Shown here: one piece after another, positions 36,118-49,256 of the stretch
How positions within the stretch are numbered: the stretch's first letter is position 1
Layout of the letters: the number at the start of each line of letters is the position of its first letter
Assembly (NCBI RefSeq): GCF_006345805.1
Contig: NC_042997.1
Span: 154,194,001-154,258,000, forward strand
Length of the DNA stretch: 64,000 bases
Reading direction: 5' to 3'
DNA from: Octopus sinensis
Lineage: Eukaryota
The notes under the pieces: generated by a model
Database searches by the model: none
Seen by the model: the letters and a program-made list of their open reading frames with translations, nothing else
What the model was told of the DNA's origin: nothing
Position numbers and translations under genes: made by a program

Positions 36118-36157
36118 ACCTTGTATTTGTACACGAAGAAACAGAAAATATACTTAC

Positions 36158-36279
36158 GCAATGAATGCTGATGGCTATCGCTAAATTGTCTACTTGTTGA
36201 TATGCTTCAGGAAGATTTATTATACCAATACCTACTGTTGCATTGACTAAAAGAAAACCAACAGTACACTTCGTAGATT
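36158..36279 (-). CDS. SLC38A7: SLC38A7-like copy C, exon 2
   Basis: 122 bp, phase 1 to 0, gtaagt donor; GFLLVNATVGIGIINLPEAY resembles SLC38 TM1 [20 protein letters not shown]. Confidence 0.85.
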
Positions 36280-37399
36280 CTGAAATAAATACACAATAAA
36301 GTAAATACTGAGAAAAAGGCAATTACTTTTATTCATCATATCATGTGGAAATGCATAAAGCAATTCTGAAATCAGTGTTTATATATATAGCAGACATATT
36401 TCGCTTTTCGAATGGAAATTTCTCCTACAACGAGTAAATGTGGTTTATATTCCATAGGATAGAAGAATAGTTGTGGTTATGGAGTTAATTCGAACTACAT
36501 TCGATCGACCACTGAGTCATACATTGCGCGACTGTGGTCTACTATAGATTACATCCAACAAATGACGTGTGTAAAATTAGGTAGGCGGAAACTGCGTCGA
36601 AGCGAATTGTGTACGTACGTACGTATGTATGTATGTATGTATGTATGTATGTATGTATGTATGTATGTATGTATGTATGTATGTATGTATGTATGTGTAA
36701 CGGGAACTCGTTGCTTCTTTACACTTTTTGGGGTGCAACTTGGGTGCAACATAATTTCCTTTCTTTTTGTTTCTAGAAACTACCAGTCAGGAACGAAAAG
36801 CAAGTTTAGAAATATATAATTCTTTATTCTCTTATACAAAAATGAAACACGATGGTATACTGGTATCCATTCTTACAACAATTCAGCAGCAATAGATAGG
36901 TTAAATCCCAAGCGTCTGGGCCAGGAGAATAGGTTGATCACACGTATGAAAATACATCCTTTCTCTTCGATCGCTGTGCCTCAAGTCTTAGTGTCCAGAG
37001 ACAGCGGAGAAAAATTGGTCTGCAACAATCTCGTATGAAAGGCGTTCTGCTACTCCTGTCTCTCTGTACCCCTTTCATCAGCATTTCGTTCTTCAGTGCT
37101 TCGCGCCTTTCCAGAAGGCTCCAAACCCGCACACGCACACTGAAGAGGACGTTGCACGCGCGCACTGTTGTATAACATCACTACAAAAGTGCCCCCTCGA
37201 GTGCGTAAGCACGAAACAAAATTCCTTGTAGTGACTTTAAAACTCAAGGTGGATACCAGATAACCAAAATAGCACACAATATGACAAATCAAGGCAGAAT
37301 TTACAATATAAACAAGAATGCACCGAAAGGAAAAAGGAGAGAAGAAATACTCAAATGAACAAAGTTCAATGAGTATTGTAACTGTCACAATTGAGAATG

Positions 37400-40300
37400 T
37401 CAAATATAAATAGTTTTTGAAAGTTTTTTCGGCCAGTGAACAGTTCTGCCTGACCTCGTAACATAAGGTTTGTTCGAGGCAGGCTGCGACGACGAAGGTG
37501 GTGTTGCCGATGGTGGTGTTGATAAAGGTGCATGTGAAAATGGTGGTGTTGTCAAAGGTGCATGTGTGAATGGTGGTGTTGTCAAAGGTGCATGTGAAGG
37601 TTCAACGATGGTTGTGGCAGTGGGGTCATCAAAAGATGTGGACACCTCAAAATATGCCCTTTTAAGACGATCTACGGAGACGGTCTCCGAACGACCGTTA
37701 ATTTCAAGTTTGAATACCTTCGGCGTGCGAGAAATCACACGAAAAGGTCCTTTATAAGGAGAAACAAGAGGTCCTTTGACAGAATCATCACGAATAAAAA
37801 CATGCGTCCAAGAATCAAGATCTGATGGCACATTAGAAGGAGGATTTTGGTGTCGAGGGTCCACAGGAGGAAGGGCAGAAAAATATCTGCGTAGTCGAGC
37901 AACATAAGACTCTAAATTAAGAGACTGCGACTTGTCTGGCACCAACATCGTACCAGGCAATGCCAGTGTGGTACCATACAAGAGCTCAGCAGACGAAAAA
38001 CCAAGGTCTGCTTTAATCGCAGTCCGACATCCAAGCAGGACGATAGGTAGAAATTCAGTCCACGACTGTGGATTCGGCGAGGCACGCAACGCGGCCTTAA
38101 GTTGCCTGTGGAAACGCTCCACCATCCCATTAGAAGCAGGGTGGTAACTAGTGATGCGTATATGATGCATCCCCAGGATTCGTGATAACTCACGAAACAA
38201 AGCAGACTCGAATTATCGACCATGATCTGTGGTTAAACTGGACGGTACACCATACCTAGAAATCCAATTAGACACGAAAGCTTTCGCAACAGTTTCAGCA
38301 GAAATGTCTGCTATAGGAATAGCTTCCGGCCAGCGTGAAAAGCGATCAATACAAGTTAAAATGTATGAGAACCCGCGACTCACAGGCCATGGTCCAACCA
38401 AATCAAGGTGGACATGGCGAAAACGGGCTTCAGGAGAAGAAAACTGTCCAAGTGGAGCACGAACGTGTCTATGGACTTTAGCACTCTGGCACCTCAAACA
38501 AGAGCGTGCCCAAGAGGTAATTGATCGTCGCATATTGGGCCAGAAGAACCGAGCAGTAACAAGCTTTACTGTGGCAGAGATACCTGGATGTGACAGTGAA
38601 TGAAGAGCATCAAACACAGAACGTTGATGTTTCTCAGGTACTAATGGTCTAGGTGAACCGGTAGAGACGTCACAAAGAATAGAGCCTTCTGCTGAAGGGA
38701 GCGGTCGGTAGGCAAACTTACAGTTAATAAACTTAGGCGAAGTTAAATCCAACCCCTCTAAAGGTGGTTGATCCTGCGAAATAGCAGTTAAGTCAATTGC
38801 TGCAGGAGAGGAAATGGAATTGACAGGGAGTCTAGAGAGAGCATCAGCAGGGACGTTCTCCTTCCCTGGAACATGCCTAATATCACTTGTAAATTGAGAA
38901 ATATAGTCCAGGTGACGGAAAGCACGAGGAGAGAGTTTATCCGTTTTAGAAGATAGTGCAAAGGTAAGGGGCTTGTGATCAGTATAAATCACAAACTCTC
39001 GTCCCTCGAGCTGGTGCTGAAAATGCCGAACTGACAGATAGATCGCTAGTAACTCTCGATCAAAAGTACTATATCTTCGTTCAGCTGGCTTTAGCTGGCA
39101 AGAGAAGAAAGCCAAAAGTTTAACTTCACCCTCTACGGTGTACTGCAAAACAGCGCCAACTGCAGAATCTGATGCGTCCACAGATAAAGTAAGTGGAGCA
39201 TCAGGAGCCGGATGTGCTAAAACAGGGACTGAAGCTAGTTCCTTTTTAACTAACTCAAAGGCAGACAGTGCTTCAGCTGAAAGAGTAAGACGGGCGTCCT
39301 TTTTAGAATTGCCCTTTAGCATCTGCGTTAAAGGAAACAACTTGTCCGCACACCGATCTATGAAACGTCGATAGAAATTAACTATACCCAAAAAATGGCG
39401 AAGTTGACGCAAAGAAGAAGGTGGTGCGATGCGCTGAATAACATCCACTTTAGACGAGAGTGGTTTGATTCCTCTCGAATCAATATAATGACCGAGAAAA
39501 TTAAGAGATGGTTGCCCCAAAACACACTTGTCTGGATTAATGCGAACACCATAGTCGCGAAGACGCTGAAAAAGCTGAGACAAGTGCAGGAGATGATTCT
39601 CATGCGTATCACTTGCGATGAGAATATCATCGACATACGCGAAAACAAAATCAAGTCCACGAACAACTTCATCTATAAAACGTTGGAACGTACAGGTAGC
39701 GTTCCTCAAACCAAAACTCATATACAAAAATTCGAAACAGCCAAAAGGAGTGGTAATTGCCGTTTTAGGAACATCGTTTGGGTTGACCGGTATTTGATGA
39801 TAAGCACGTATGAGGTCAACCTTAGAAAAAATGGTACAGCCATGAAGATTTGCTGAAAAGTCGTTGAGATCCCTAATTGAATATCTGTTCGGAATCGTCA
39901 CAGAATTTAGACGCCGATAATCTCCCACCGGGCGAAAATCTGTATCCCCTTTTCGAACTAAATGAAGGGGTGATGCCCATGGACTGGTGGATGGGCGTTT
40001 CAGACCGAGCTGGAGCATATGCTCAAACTCAGCCCTAGCAGTTTTAAGTCGGTCAGGTGCAAGACGCCGTGGTCGCGAAAAAACAGGCGGTCCAGTTGTT
40101 GTAATAAAATGGAGTGTCGAGTGTAATGGCTTTGCCACTTTAAAGGTAACATCAAGTAGCTCTGGAAAAGAGACCAAAAGAGAGTGAAAAACGTCTCCAG
40201 ATGTAGAAACAAAAAATGTCGGGCTAAGAGCTGAATCGGTAGATTCTCTGGTCGGCGTGGAGAGTGTAGTCGAAGTATCAACTAGCCTCCGACGTCTGAC

Positions 40301-40639
40301 ATCTACCAATAAATCAAAATTACTTAGAAAATCCGCACCTAAAATAGGATGCTGAATGTCAGCAATGATAAAAACCCATTGAAAATCTCGACGAAGATTA
40401 ATGTCAAGGCGTAAAGAGATCTGACCGAATGTGGCTATTGGTGACGAATCAATAGCGTGCAATGTAACGTTAGATCGTTTTGGCCTGTCGGTTGTGAGAC
40501 GCAAAGGCCAAATGCTGCAACAAGAACCAGTGTCCACCATGAAGTTTTTCTTCGACACTTGATCCTTGACGAAAAATGCACGATAACTAGAAAATGATGT
40601 GGAGGAAGTTGACGTGCTCAAATTCTCCGAAGCTAGTTT
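37400..40639 (-). CDS. Gypsy pol (protease, RT, RNase H, integrase), one in-frame nonsense at 38213-38215
   Basis: VDTGS, YVDD, DAS...RELLAI, HSLSH...CLRC, DLVG...TDHGR*FES...ERFH, SPYKGPF. Confidence 0.92.
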
Positions 40640-41361
40640 AAAGGTTTATAGGTGCATGGCTGTATGCACTAATGTGCTTTCTCTCCATAATTGGAGTGAT
40701 ACCAACACAGTCCGGACTTTGACTGTGTGGAACGTGACGATGAACGGCTGCGACTCCGCGATCTTGAAAATCGCTTGCCATCGCGACACATCGCGTCCAT
40801 CCTTTTGGTGAGACTTTCTATTTGTTTAGAAAGTCCCTCAATCGAGGCTGAGGAAGCTTGTGAGCAGACACAAACAGACCGTGACGATGGTTGAACGGCA
40901 AATTCAACCATTTTATCAGCCATTGTTGCTATCTGGTCCACGGTATTTGACTCTAAAGCAGTTGCCAAAACAGTCTGTATATAGGCGGGCAACCTTGAAA
41001 AAAAAATTTTCCGAAGGAGAGGAGCATCTGCAGCTTTACCGCTCAACTCTCTTAGTCTTCGCAAAAATTCAGAAGGAGTCCTATCTCCCAACTCCTCATC
41101 CGCCATTAATTCATTGAAGCGACTTTCCTCGCTTCTAGTGTTTCTCTTTTCCACTTCTAATTTAACAGACGCATAAGTGGCGTCTGGGCCAGGATCTGTG
41201 ATAATATCTCTGGCTGTAGATGCAAGTTGAGGAGGCATACAACCATACAGGATTTGCAACTGCTGCTGGGGAGAAACATTATGTGCACAAAATTGTGCCT
41301 CTAGCTGTGCAAACCACAGTGTGGCATCACCTGTGAAAGTAGGTAATGAATTTAGAGACAT
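40633..41361 (-). CDS. Gypsy gag with CHCC finger, premature TAG at 40669-71
   Basis: [10 protein letters not shown]; [17 protein letters not shown]; natural stop at 40633-35. Confidence 0.88.
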
Positions 41362-43144
41362 TTTGTAGTTTTTTACTTTTAGATGACTCTGTCAAATGGA
41401 AAGGTAAACTGACAACGAATCAACGTTGAACAGACGCAACAAGGAAAAGGGAAAAAAAAAGACCAGCAATTGAACCAATAAAATTTTTTATATGTGCAAT
41501 TTACAAAAAAAAATGTGTTTTACAGAAAAAAATTTGTTTTGTACTGTGTGCACAGTGAATAAAAAATAATTTTTTTTTTATTTTTACCAACCTTCGTCGC
41601 GTCTAAAACAATTTTTTTTTTTTTAATGTATTTTAAACTGTCTCTTCTTAAGTTTGACTGCCTGTTATGCTTGGTCACGGATCGCACTAACAGATTAAGT
41701 CAAACTTTTTTTTTTATTCTCGTCGACGATGAAATTGCTGAAACTGCTTGAGACGACTGGAGACAAACTGTTGAAAGATAATGACTGCGGCGGGTTGATT
41801 GGTTCAGACTAGGTAGAATCTAGATTTCAGTTAAATGTTCTATGTTCGGGGTCACCACTGTAACGGGAACTCGTTGCTTCTTTACACTTTTTGGGGTGCA
41901 ACTTGGGTGCAACACAATTTCCTTTCTTTTTGTTTCTAGAAACTACCAGTCAGGAACGAAAAGCAAGTTTAGAAATATATAATTCTTTATTCTCTTATAC
42001 AAAAATGAAACACGATGGTATACTGGTATCCATTCTTACAACAATTCAGCAGCAATAGATAGGTTAAATCCCAAGCGTCTGGGCCAGGAGAATAGGTTGA
42101 TCACACGTATGAAAATACATCCTTTCTCTTCGATCGCTGTGCCTCAAGTCTTAGCGTCCAGAGACAGCGGAGAAAAATTGGTCTGCAACAATCTCGTATG
42201 AAAGGCGTTCTGCTACTCCTGTCTCTCTGTACTCCTTTAAGGGAACCTCCCTCGCCTATCAACTAATGCCACATCAGCATTTTCCTTCTTCAGTGCTTCG
42301 CGCATGCGCGAGAGGGAACTTCCCTTCTGCCTTTCCAGAAGGCTCCAAACCCGCACACGCACACTGAAGAGGACGTTGCACGCGCGCACTGTTGTATAAC
42401 GTCACTATATATGTATGTATGTATGTATGTATTTTCCCTTTCTCTTTTTACGTAATATAATTTCCACTGGCCCCTTACTTGGTAACAAGGGGTGAAGGAA
42501 AGCAACGTACTTTAAGCACCACCCTTTAATTATTAGGAGGGTCTTGAAAATTTATTGAGCATTTGCCGTTTATATGCTGCAAATTTATATTTTAGTTTTT
42601 CAGCTGCAACCGTGAGTTTCAGCTAGTGCAGTCTGGAGTTTAGGTTTTTGAATCCTGTATCACTAAATCGCCTCTCTAGTCTTTTTTTCTTTTCTGAGCT
42701 CTTTCTGATGCCGCGTCAAGTTGTTCTATGTATTACATTTTATAACTACAACGATCTGTGAGATGCATTTTCGCAGAAATAAAATTTTATTTTTTAAGTT
42801 ACGTACCTATGCTCCTTCAGGCTTTCCACTTGAATCTCGATTGCGTGGTCTCAGCGCTTTGCTATACGTTAGTAACATAATAGCTGAGATATATGTCAAA
42901 GCGTTAATAGTTTTGTAGGTTGTTTTCATATATAACTGGACTGTGTGATCTTCAGATATTTGTTTACTATTTCGTTTACTGCCTCTAATTCTAATTTACT
43001 TGGTTCTTTACTTATACCTGGTGTTGTACGGCCTGTCATTTAAATTAAGGTCGTGGACCTGTTGAAATATATCATTCCAGATCACTCGTGAAGCGTCCAT
43101 AAGTTTTCGAAGTTCTGTTTGTACAGAATAGCTATAGATTTCAG

Positions 43145-43400
43145 CTATATTGTTGGTGCATAAAGTGGCGAGCTGGAAGAAACGTTAGCGCGCCGGACGA
43201 AATGCTTAGCGGTATTTCGTCTGTCGTTACGTTCTGAGTTCAAATTCCGCCGAGATCGACTTTGCCTTTCATCCTTTCGGGGTCGATAAATAAAGTACCA
43301 GTTTCACACTGGGGTCGATGTAATCGACCTTATCCCTTTGTCTGTCCTTGTTTGTCCCCTCTATGTTTATCCCCTTGTGGGTAGTAAAGAAATATATATT
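43145..43400 (+). mobile_element. tRNA-derived SINE
   Basis: ggcgagctggaagaaacgttagcgcgccggacgaaatgcttagcggtatttcg...gagttcaaattccgccgag. Confidence 0.85.
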
Positions 43401-44121
43401 GTTGGTGCATGCATAAGCATGGCGCTTTCATTATGAGACGTACAGATATAGGCAGCTGTTTAAAAATGCCGTTTTAAACGTTCTTTTCCATAATTATGCC
43501 GACTCCTCCAGCCTAAATGACTATCTGTCATAAATGAGAGGAACTTCTTTTTCGTACCAACTTAATTGAAAAGACTTCTTCTTACTAAAGATTTTCGTTT
43601 CATCCAAAGATCCATCAGATTATTTAGAAAAGAAAATGAATTTTCCAATATATATTTGAGAAAACGTATGAGTAATTTAAGATTCGGCATAAAATGAAAT
43701 ATCTGGTGAAAAAGAGGATTTATAAATTTATTTTGCAGATGTTAAAAAACAACACAAACATAAAAAAAGAAAAAAACTGGGAACTACCATATTTTATGTT
43801 CAATAAAGAGACAGGGAGAGAGAAAAAGAGAAACCGATGTGGAGAATAAGAATTAGGAGGAGGAGTAAAAGAAGAAAAGATGAAGTGGCAAGAGGAAGAC
43901 GAGGAGATGAAGGACGAGAAAGGGAAGTTGAGGAAAAGAAGTGAGGACGAGAAGAAGGAATGTAAGAAAAGGAAGAAAAGACGATGACAGCAACAACAAA
44001 GACGCCGATAACGACGACGGCGACTTCTGTGATCTGTTCATATGGTTCGACATTAAAGAGGATATGTTTTATGGGATAGTTCTGTATCACAAGTATTATT
44101 ACAAATATAAAAATAGTTTAC

Positions 44122-44305
44122 CTGCATTATTTTTTGCTTCTGTTGTGTTAATTAAGGAACTGGAATCATCATCTGTTGTACTAATGGAACTATCATTACA
44201 AGCATTCAAATCCTTATCTACTGAACGGTAAAAGTTACTCTGCTCATTGAACCCAGAATTGCGTTCCTTTTCACTGTTATGTAAAATCTGTGATCTTTCC
44301 GACAT
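44122..44305 (-). CDS. SLC38A7: SLC38A7-like copy C, putative first coding exon
   Basis: ATG at 44305; 184 bp ending phase 1 at g|gtaaac, matching exon 2. Acidic, Ser-rich N-tail MSERSQIL... resembles SLC38A7 ERARLL. Confidence 0.7.
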
Positions 44306-46499
44306 AATTATGTTGTTTCCAATATAAGTTTTTTGGGTTTTTTTACCAATAGTTAGTGTATACAGTCTAATGCTCCTAGATACACTCAGATTTTGTATGA
44401 TTTTAGAGAAGTATGCAACCTATATTAATGTTTCAAAGTACATGACATACTGCAGAAAACTAAGAGTTACAATCTTATATACAGAAATATATTTTCCATT
44501 GTTAGTCAAAATGCATTAAGCATTTTAGCATTAATAAATTAATATCATTCGATTTCAATGCTCTTACAAATTGTAGTGAATCATTTGTTTAACAAATAAA
44601 CATTTTAGCTCTGTATTATAAGATATCGATTATCTCTCCATTGTTTACCAGCTTCATAGCTGTAACCCTTGCAGTTTTTTATGAATATAGATCGAGGTAA
44701 AACTCATGAAAATAGTTGACGTTAAATATCGTCAATAATCTTGTCCTGTGTTACAGAATGCCGCTTAATGTATCCAGTGTTATTGTATTCATTTTGGCCC
44801 TCATGCGTCAGTTTTCTTGTTATAACAGCATCCTCCGCTCATCTGCAATTGCAATACATCAACCAATCTCTGAACCGATCACCATCGCCCACCTGCCACA
44901 AATGTACAGCCTTTCAACTAAAATTGGGCAATCATTACATGACACCTGTCACATACCAGGTATGCTCGAAACTAAATAACTTAATTGTAATTTTGTATGT
45001 TGTAAACATTCCTTATCAATATTTATAAAGGTACTTCAATGACGTTTTAATGAGTATTGTGATGTGAACGATGAAAGAGGACAACAGAAACAAGGAGAAT
45101 GGAAATATAATCAGGCCTTACCTCGGCGAAGATTAGTCTGCCGAAAACTCAGCGAAGTTCAGATCTCTCTCAGCCAGCTCGATACGTCTTGTGCCTTCTT
45201 CGTCTCAGCTGCAACTGCTGCTTGGTCGATTTAGCAGAAAGAGGAGTTACTCAATTATGTTAAGAGGAGACATAAGAGATGAATGTTCAACAGAATAACA
45301 ACTATGGAAGAGAGAAAACGGAAATAATGCCCCTGCATTGTGAGTTTTCCAATGGGAAAGCATCGGATTGTGGTTTAAATAATTTATTTAAACGACACTT
45401 GCATTTACCTCTTGTATACACCAAAAAATTCACTACATGACATTACCAACTTACTTCGAGTTGGCGAAGAAGAAAATAACATGAGGAATACTATGTCGAT
45501 ATGATGAGGTGGAACCGGGCATGTTTTATGTCTGTGAGTGCATTGATCATTCAGTGGTGTCTTCTTATGTTCTGCGTCTGTTACTGTGTTGGGTCGTTCA
45601 TGCTGAATATGTGGTTCTATGTTGTCTGCTTAACTGGTGCAAGGCTGTCTCTTGACAGTTCGCCTGGTGATGGCTCACTGCCTCTATCGTATGTCTGATT
45701 GTATTTATAACGGACATGACAGCTAGAAGGATAGACATACCACAGGAGTAACTTTTACCCATGTAGGTGGCCTCCTGTCCACTTGAACCTTAAATGACAC
45801 GGCTCAGATCTTAGGTCGAAGAGAAAACGATCCATCACTTTTTGACAGGACCAAGAAATTTCTTTCGCGCCTGTTTGGCCAGTGGTGGATCAGACGAGCG
45901 AGAATTCTTAGATTTGGTTTCAAATCTCAGCTCGGAAAAAAGAAGTGTCAGTTTTTACAGAAACAACCTTTATAGCGGTTGATTTCGCCGTCGGTCTAAT
46001 ATAATCAGTGAGATGAAAGAGTTTACATGGGGACCACTAAACTACTTTAATTCGTTTCTTTCTCTATTGTCATCAGATTTCTTATTCTTGCATATATACG
46101 TAGCACTAGACTGGTTTCAAACAAGAAACATTTATTTGCAAACTAAAAGCAATAACTCTTTTAACCATATGACAATGATACATATATAATTACTACTGTA
46201 TATTTCGTCTATTCAAATTTATTGTAGTTCTTCTTTAGAGTGAATTGTCTTGAGATACCAGTGCCTTCGTGTGATCTACAAGAATTTGTACGCACTCATG
46301 GTGTTAGTAGAGTGCGAATGTGTCACACACGCGTGCACGCACACACAACACATTCATATTTTTATATAGAGATGTAAATGTATCTTAACCAGGTTACAGG
46401 TTTCAAAGTTGTGCTTTCTATAGCTAGGTTCCAGAAGGTTAGCCATTATCTGTGATAATGATAATCTCAGACATCTCTTTCACATTTGGTCAATTTCAC

Positions 46500-46860
46500 T
46501 TAGTCAACAAGGCCTTGTCAAGAGAAGGCTCGCGGCTACATTCACCATTGAAGTCGACTGCTGTGGCTTTCCAGCTATGTTATTGCGCTATTTTCTGCAG
46601 AAGATAGAACTGGAACCCAGACAACTGAAGAGAGCCATCAAGGACTTAGGCACAGCAACTGAAACTAGCTCAAGGTGGCTATGGTTTATAAGAGACAGCA
46701 AGTGGAACCTTTCATAGGTGAAGATTAGTTCAGTCCTCGTTACCACACTCAAGCGAAGCGTACAGGCTAAGAAGCCTGTAACTCTGAGATATCTACTGAC
46801 GGTACAGAAGGGTTTCCAGCATTGCAAAACCTCAAAGTAGCTCTTGCAGTTTCTGTTTGG
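46500..46860 (+). mobile_element. R2/Hero/NeSL-like RLE LINE 3' fragment
   Basis: FTIEVDCCGFPAMLLRYFLQKIELEPRQLKRAIKDLGTATETSSRWLW. Confidence 0.65.
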
Positions 46861-47159
46861 GGCAAAGCATCTCTGATGTTATTTCACTTATTTCACCTCG
46901 GCTTTTAAATTTTAAAAAAATTGTCTTCATTCGCCTGTAGTATTCATTCTATATTCATAAAGGCAGCGGAACTACATAGTCATGAGAATTATTCATGAAA
47001 GACAGTGAGACGATGAATACTAATATCATGTAAATAACCATAGTGATGACGTGATGTGGTAGTAGATTAGCTAACAATGCTTTATTGTGAGACGGACAGT
47101 ATTTATATAGTCACATATATCTGCTTTATTTCGACGATTCCCCGATCCTTGTCTCGCTT

Positions 47160-47620
47160 CTTACTTGCTTCATGCTCTTGTTTCATGCTTGATGGGGTTG
47201 GGGTCATCCCATGTTAGTGGTCCCAGAGGCGTCATCGTGCGTAGAGTATACCAGGTCCTTCAGTGCTTTCCATCGTTGGCGGTCCCATACCAGCCCCTCT
47301 GCACCCTCCACGGCGACGTTGAGCCTCTGGAGATTTTCCTTAATCACGGCCAGCCATCTGGTGTGGGGCCTGCCACAAGGCTTCTTCCAAGCCACAGCTG
47401 CTACGTCGAATGAGTGTAAAGCCCTTGTAGGATGATCTAGCAGGGGTCAGAGTATATGTCCGTACCAGCGCATGCAGGAGGCTGCGGGCTGGTGCATGGG
47501 CGCACGCAGTATTTTGTTGGAAGTATTATGGTACTATCTTATGTTCTCGAATGATTCTCAGGCCTTTGCTGTCGAAGCCGTCGACTCTCTTTACCAGATT
47601 CATAGTATTCATACAATTAA
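47160..47620 (-). mobile_element. RTE-type LINE 3' fragment
   Basis: LRWYGHIL and WKKPCGRPHTRW...WDRQRWK motifs. Confidence 0.75.
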
Positions 47621-47949
47621 TGCCGCATTTTAAACCTATTTTGACTTAAACTGGCTTGAGAAACAGATGTGTTTATGTGGTCTACAAGAACTTCGATGTA
47701 TACATTGAGCTGCCAGAGTACGAAGATGTCCTCTCCGTTTCTTAACCAGACTAGGGATTTCAAAGTTAATGCTCTATAGGTAAGTTAATGAAGTATTTTG
47801 TGCAAATGTTAGCTGTTATTGGCAATAATGATGGCCTCATACATATCTCTTCCACGTTTGTTCTATTTCATTTTCTTATTTGAAGTTAACTGTTCTTACA
47901 CGCAATATTAATACCACCATGTTGTTTATTATGAGTGAGTATTTATAAG

Positions 47950-48365
47950 ACGGCGAGCTAGCAAAATCGTTAGCACACCGGGTAAAATGCTTAGTGGCAT
48001 TTCATCCACCCTTACGTTCTGAGTTCAAATTCCACCGAAGTCAACTTCGCCTATCATCCCCTCGAGTCGATAAAGTAAGTACCAGTTAAGCACTGGGGCC
48101 GATTTAATCGACTTAACCCCTACCCCGAAATTGCTGGCTTTCTGCCCAAATTTGAAACTATTATTAGTGAGTATTTATTCATTAGTACGTCAGACAAAAT
48201 ACTTTGCGGCATTTCGTTCGTCTTTACGTATTGAGTTCAAATGCCGCCAATGTTAACTTTGCCTTTCATCCTTTCGAGGTCGATGAAATAAATACCAGTT
48301 TAACACTGTGGCCTATGTAATCGATCAGCCTCTCCCGCTAAATTTCAGGCCTTACGTCTTGAGTA
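47950..48365 (+). mobile_element. Two tandem tRNA-derived SINE copies
   Basis: Same family as 43145-43400. Confidence 0.8.
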
Positions 48366-49256
48366 GTAAGAATTATAAGAGGGTTTTTGCGTGCATTCGT
48401 AGGACGTTCACTTTCTAACGATCATTTTTACCTCTGACTGGGTTGTTTCAATACTGTCAGACCTTAAAGCGATGATTCTCTGACATCCGCGCTAATATCG
48501 CTCAAATTGAATGTTTTAACGCAGTTATAAACGAAGATGTGAGGTAAGGAAAATGTGGAAATGATATACGACGTGAGATGAAAATGAACTGGTAAGCGAA
48601 GATTTATTCTCCGACATAAAATACAATGATTACCATACATAAAATAAATTAACATAACAGGTTACAACAAAGATGTATGGGAGACCTTGTGGTAAGGCTA
48701 GACTTTTGTTTTCATAGACATAGTTGACGTACTGTTTGGTGGTGTGTAGAGGTAGTCGATGGGCTGTTGGTCGTGTGGTGTTCATGCAACAACGATGTAT
48801 GTAGGCGTCTAGTAGAGGTGAAAGCGGAGACTGGCTGGTATCAGATACATCGTTGTCAGAGACAAACAACAAGTTCAGCGAATCCCAAGGTCATGTGACC
48901 TGCTGGAATTAAAAGACTTGTGGAGTCGATATCCGTGTATTTAAGCCTAAACAACCGCGACGAAAACATCTCACGCATAATGACAGTGTAAATCACTTCT
49001 GCTACAGTTAGTGTTTTGCGAAAACATTTGTGGTAGACAAATGTGCGATACGCATAAAGAGACCAATAGCAGAAGAGAGAATGTACCAAAGTACAAAAAA
49101 CTGTACAAATAGTTAAAAACAATTGTCCAAAATCTACTGAAGCAGAAGAAAAGCAAAGCAAAATAAACATTTCAGGACCAAATGCAAAATTCAAAGCTCA
49201 GCATTGAAGTGTCGGAGTGGATAGCACGAGGCAGAAAGCATGTATTTGTGTATGTA

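Larger units (their letters stand above)
36696..42409 (-). mobile_element. Near-intact Ty3/Gypsy LTR retrotransposon (CsRn1-like: CHCC gag, Trp PBS)
   Basis: LTRs 36696-37185 and 41859-42409, TSD TATG within (TATG)n, PBS 41846-41857, PPT gaggggg near 37192-37199, PR-RT-RH-IN order with GPF motif. Confidence 0.95.

Noticed and set aside
45700-46060. Possible Gypsy integrase C-terminal remnant
   Set aside because: Similarity too weak to call by eye.
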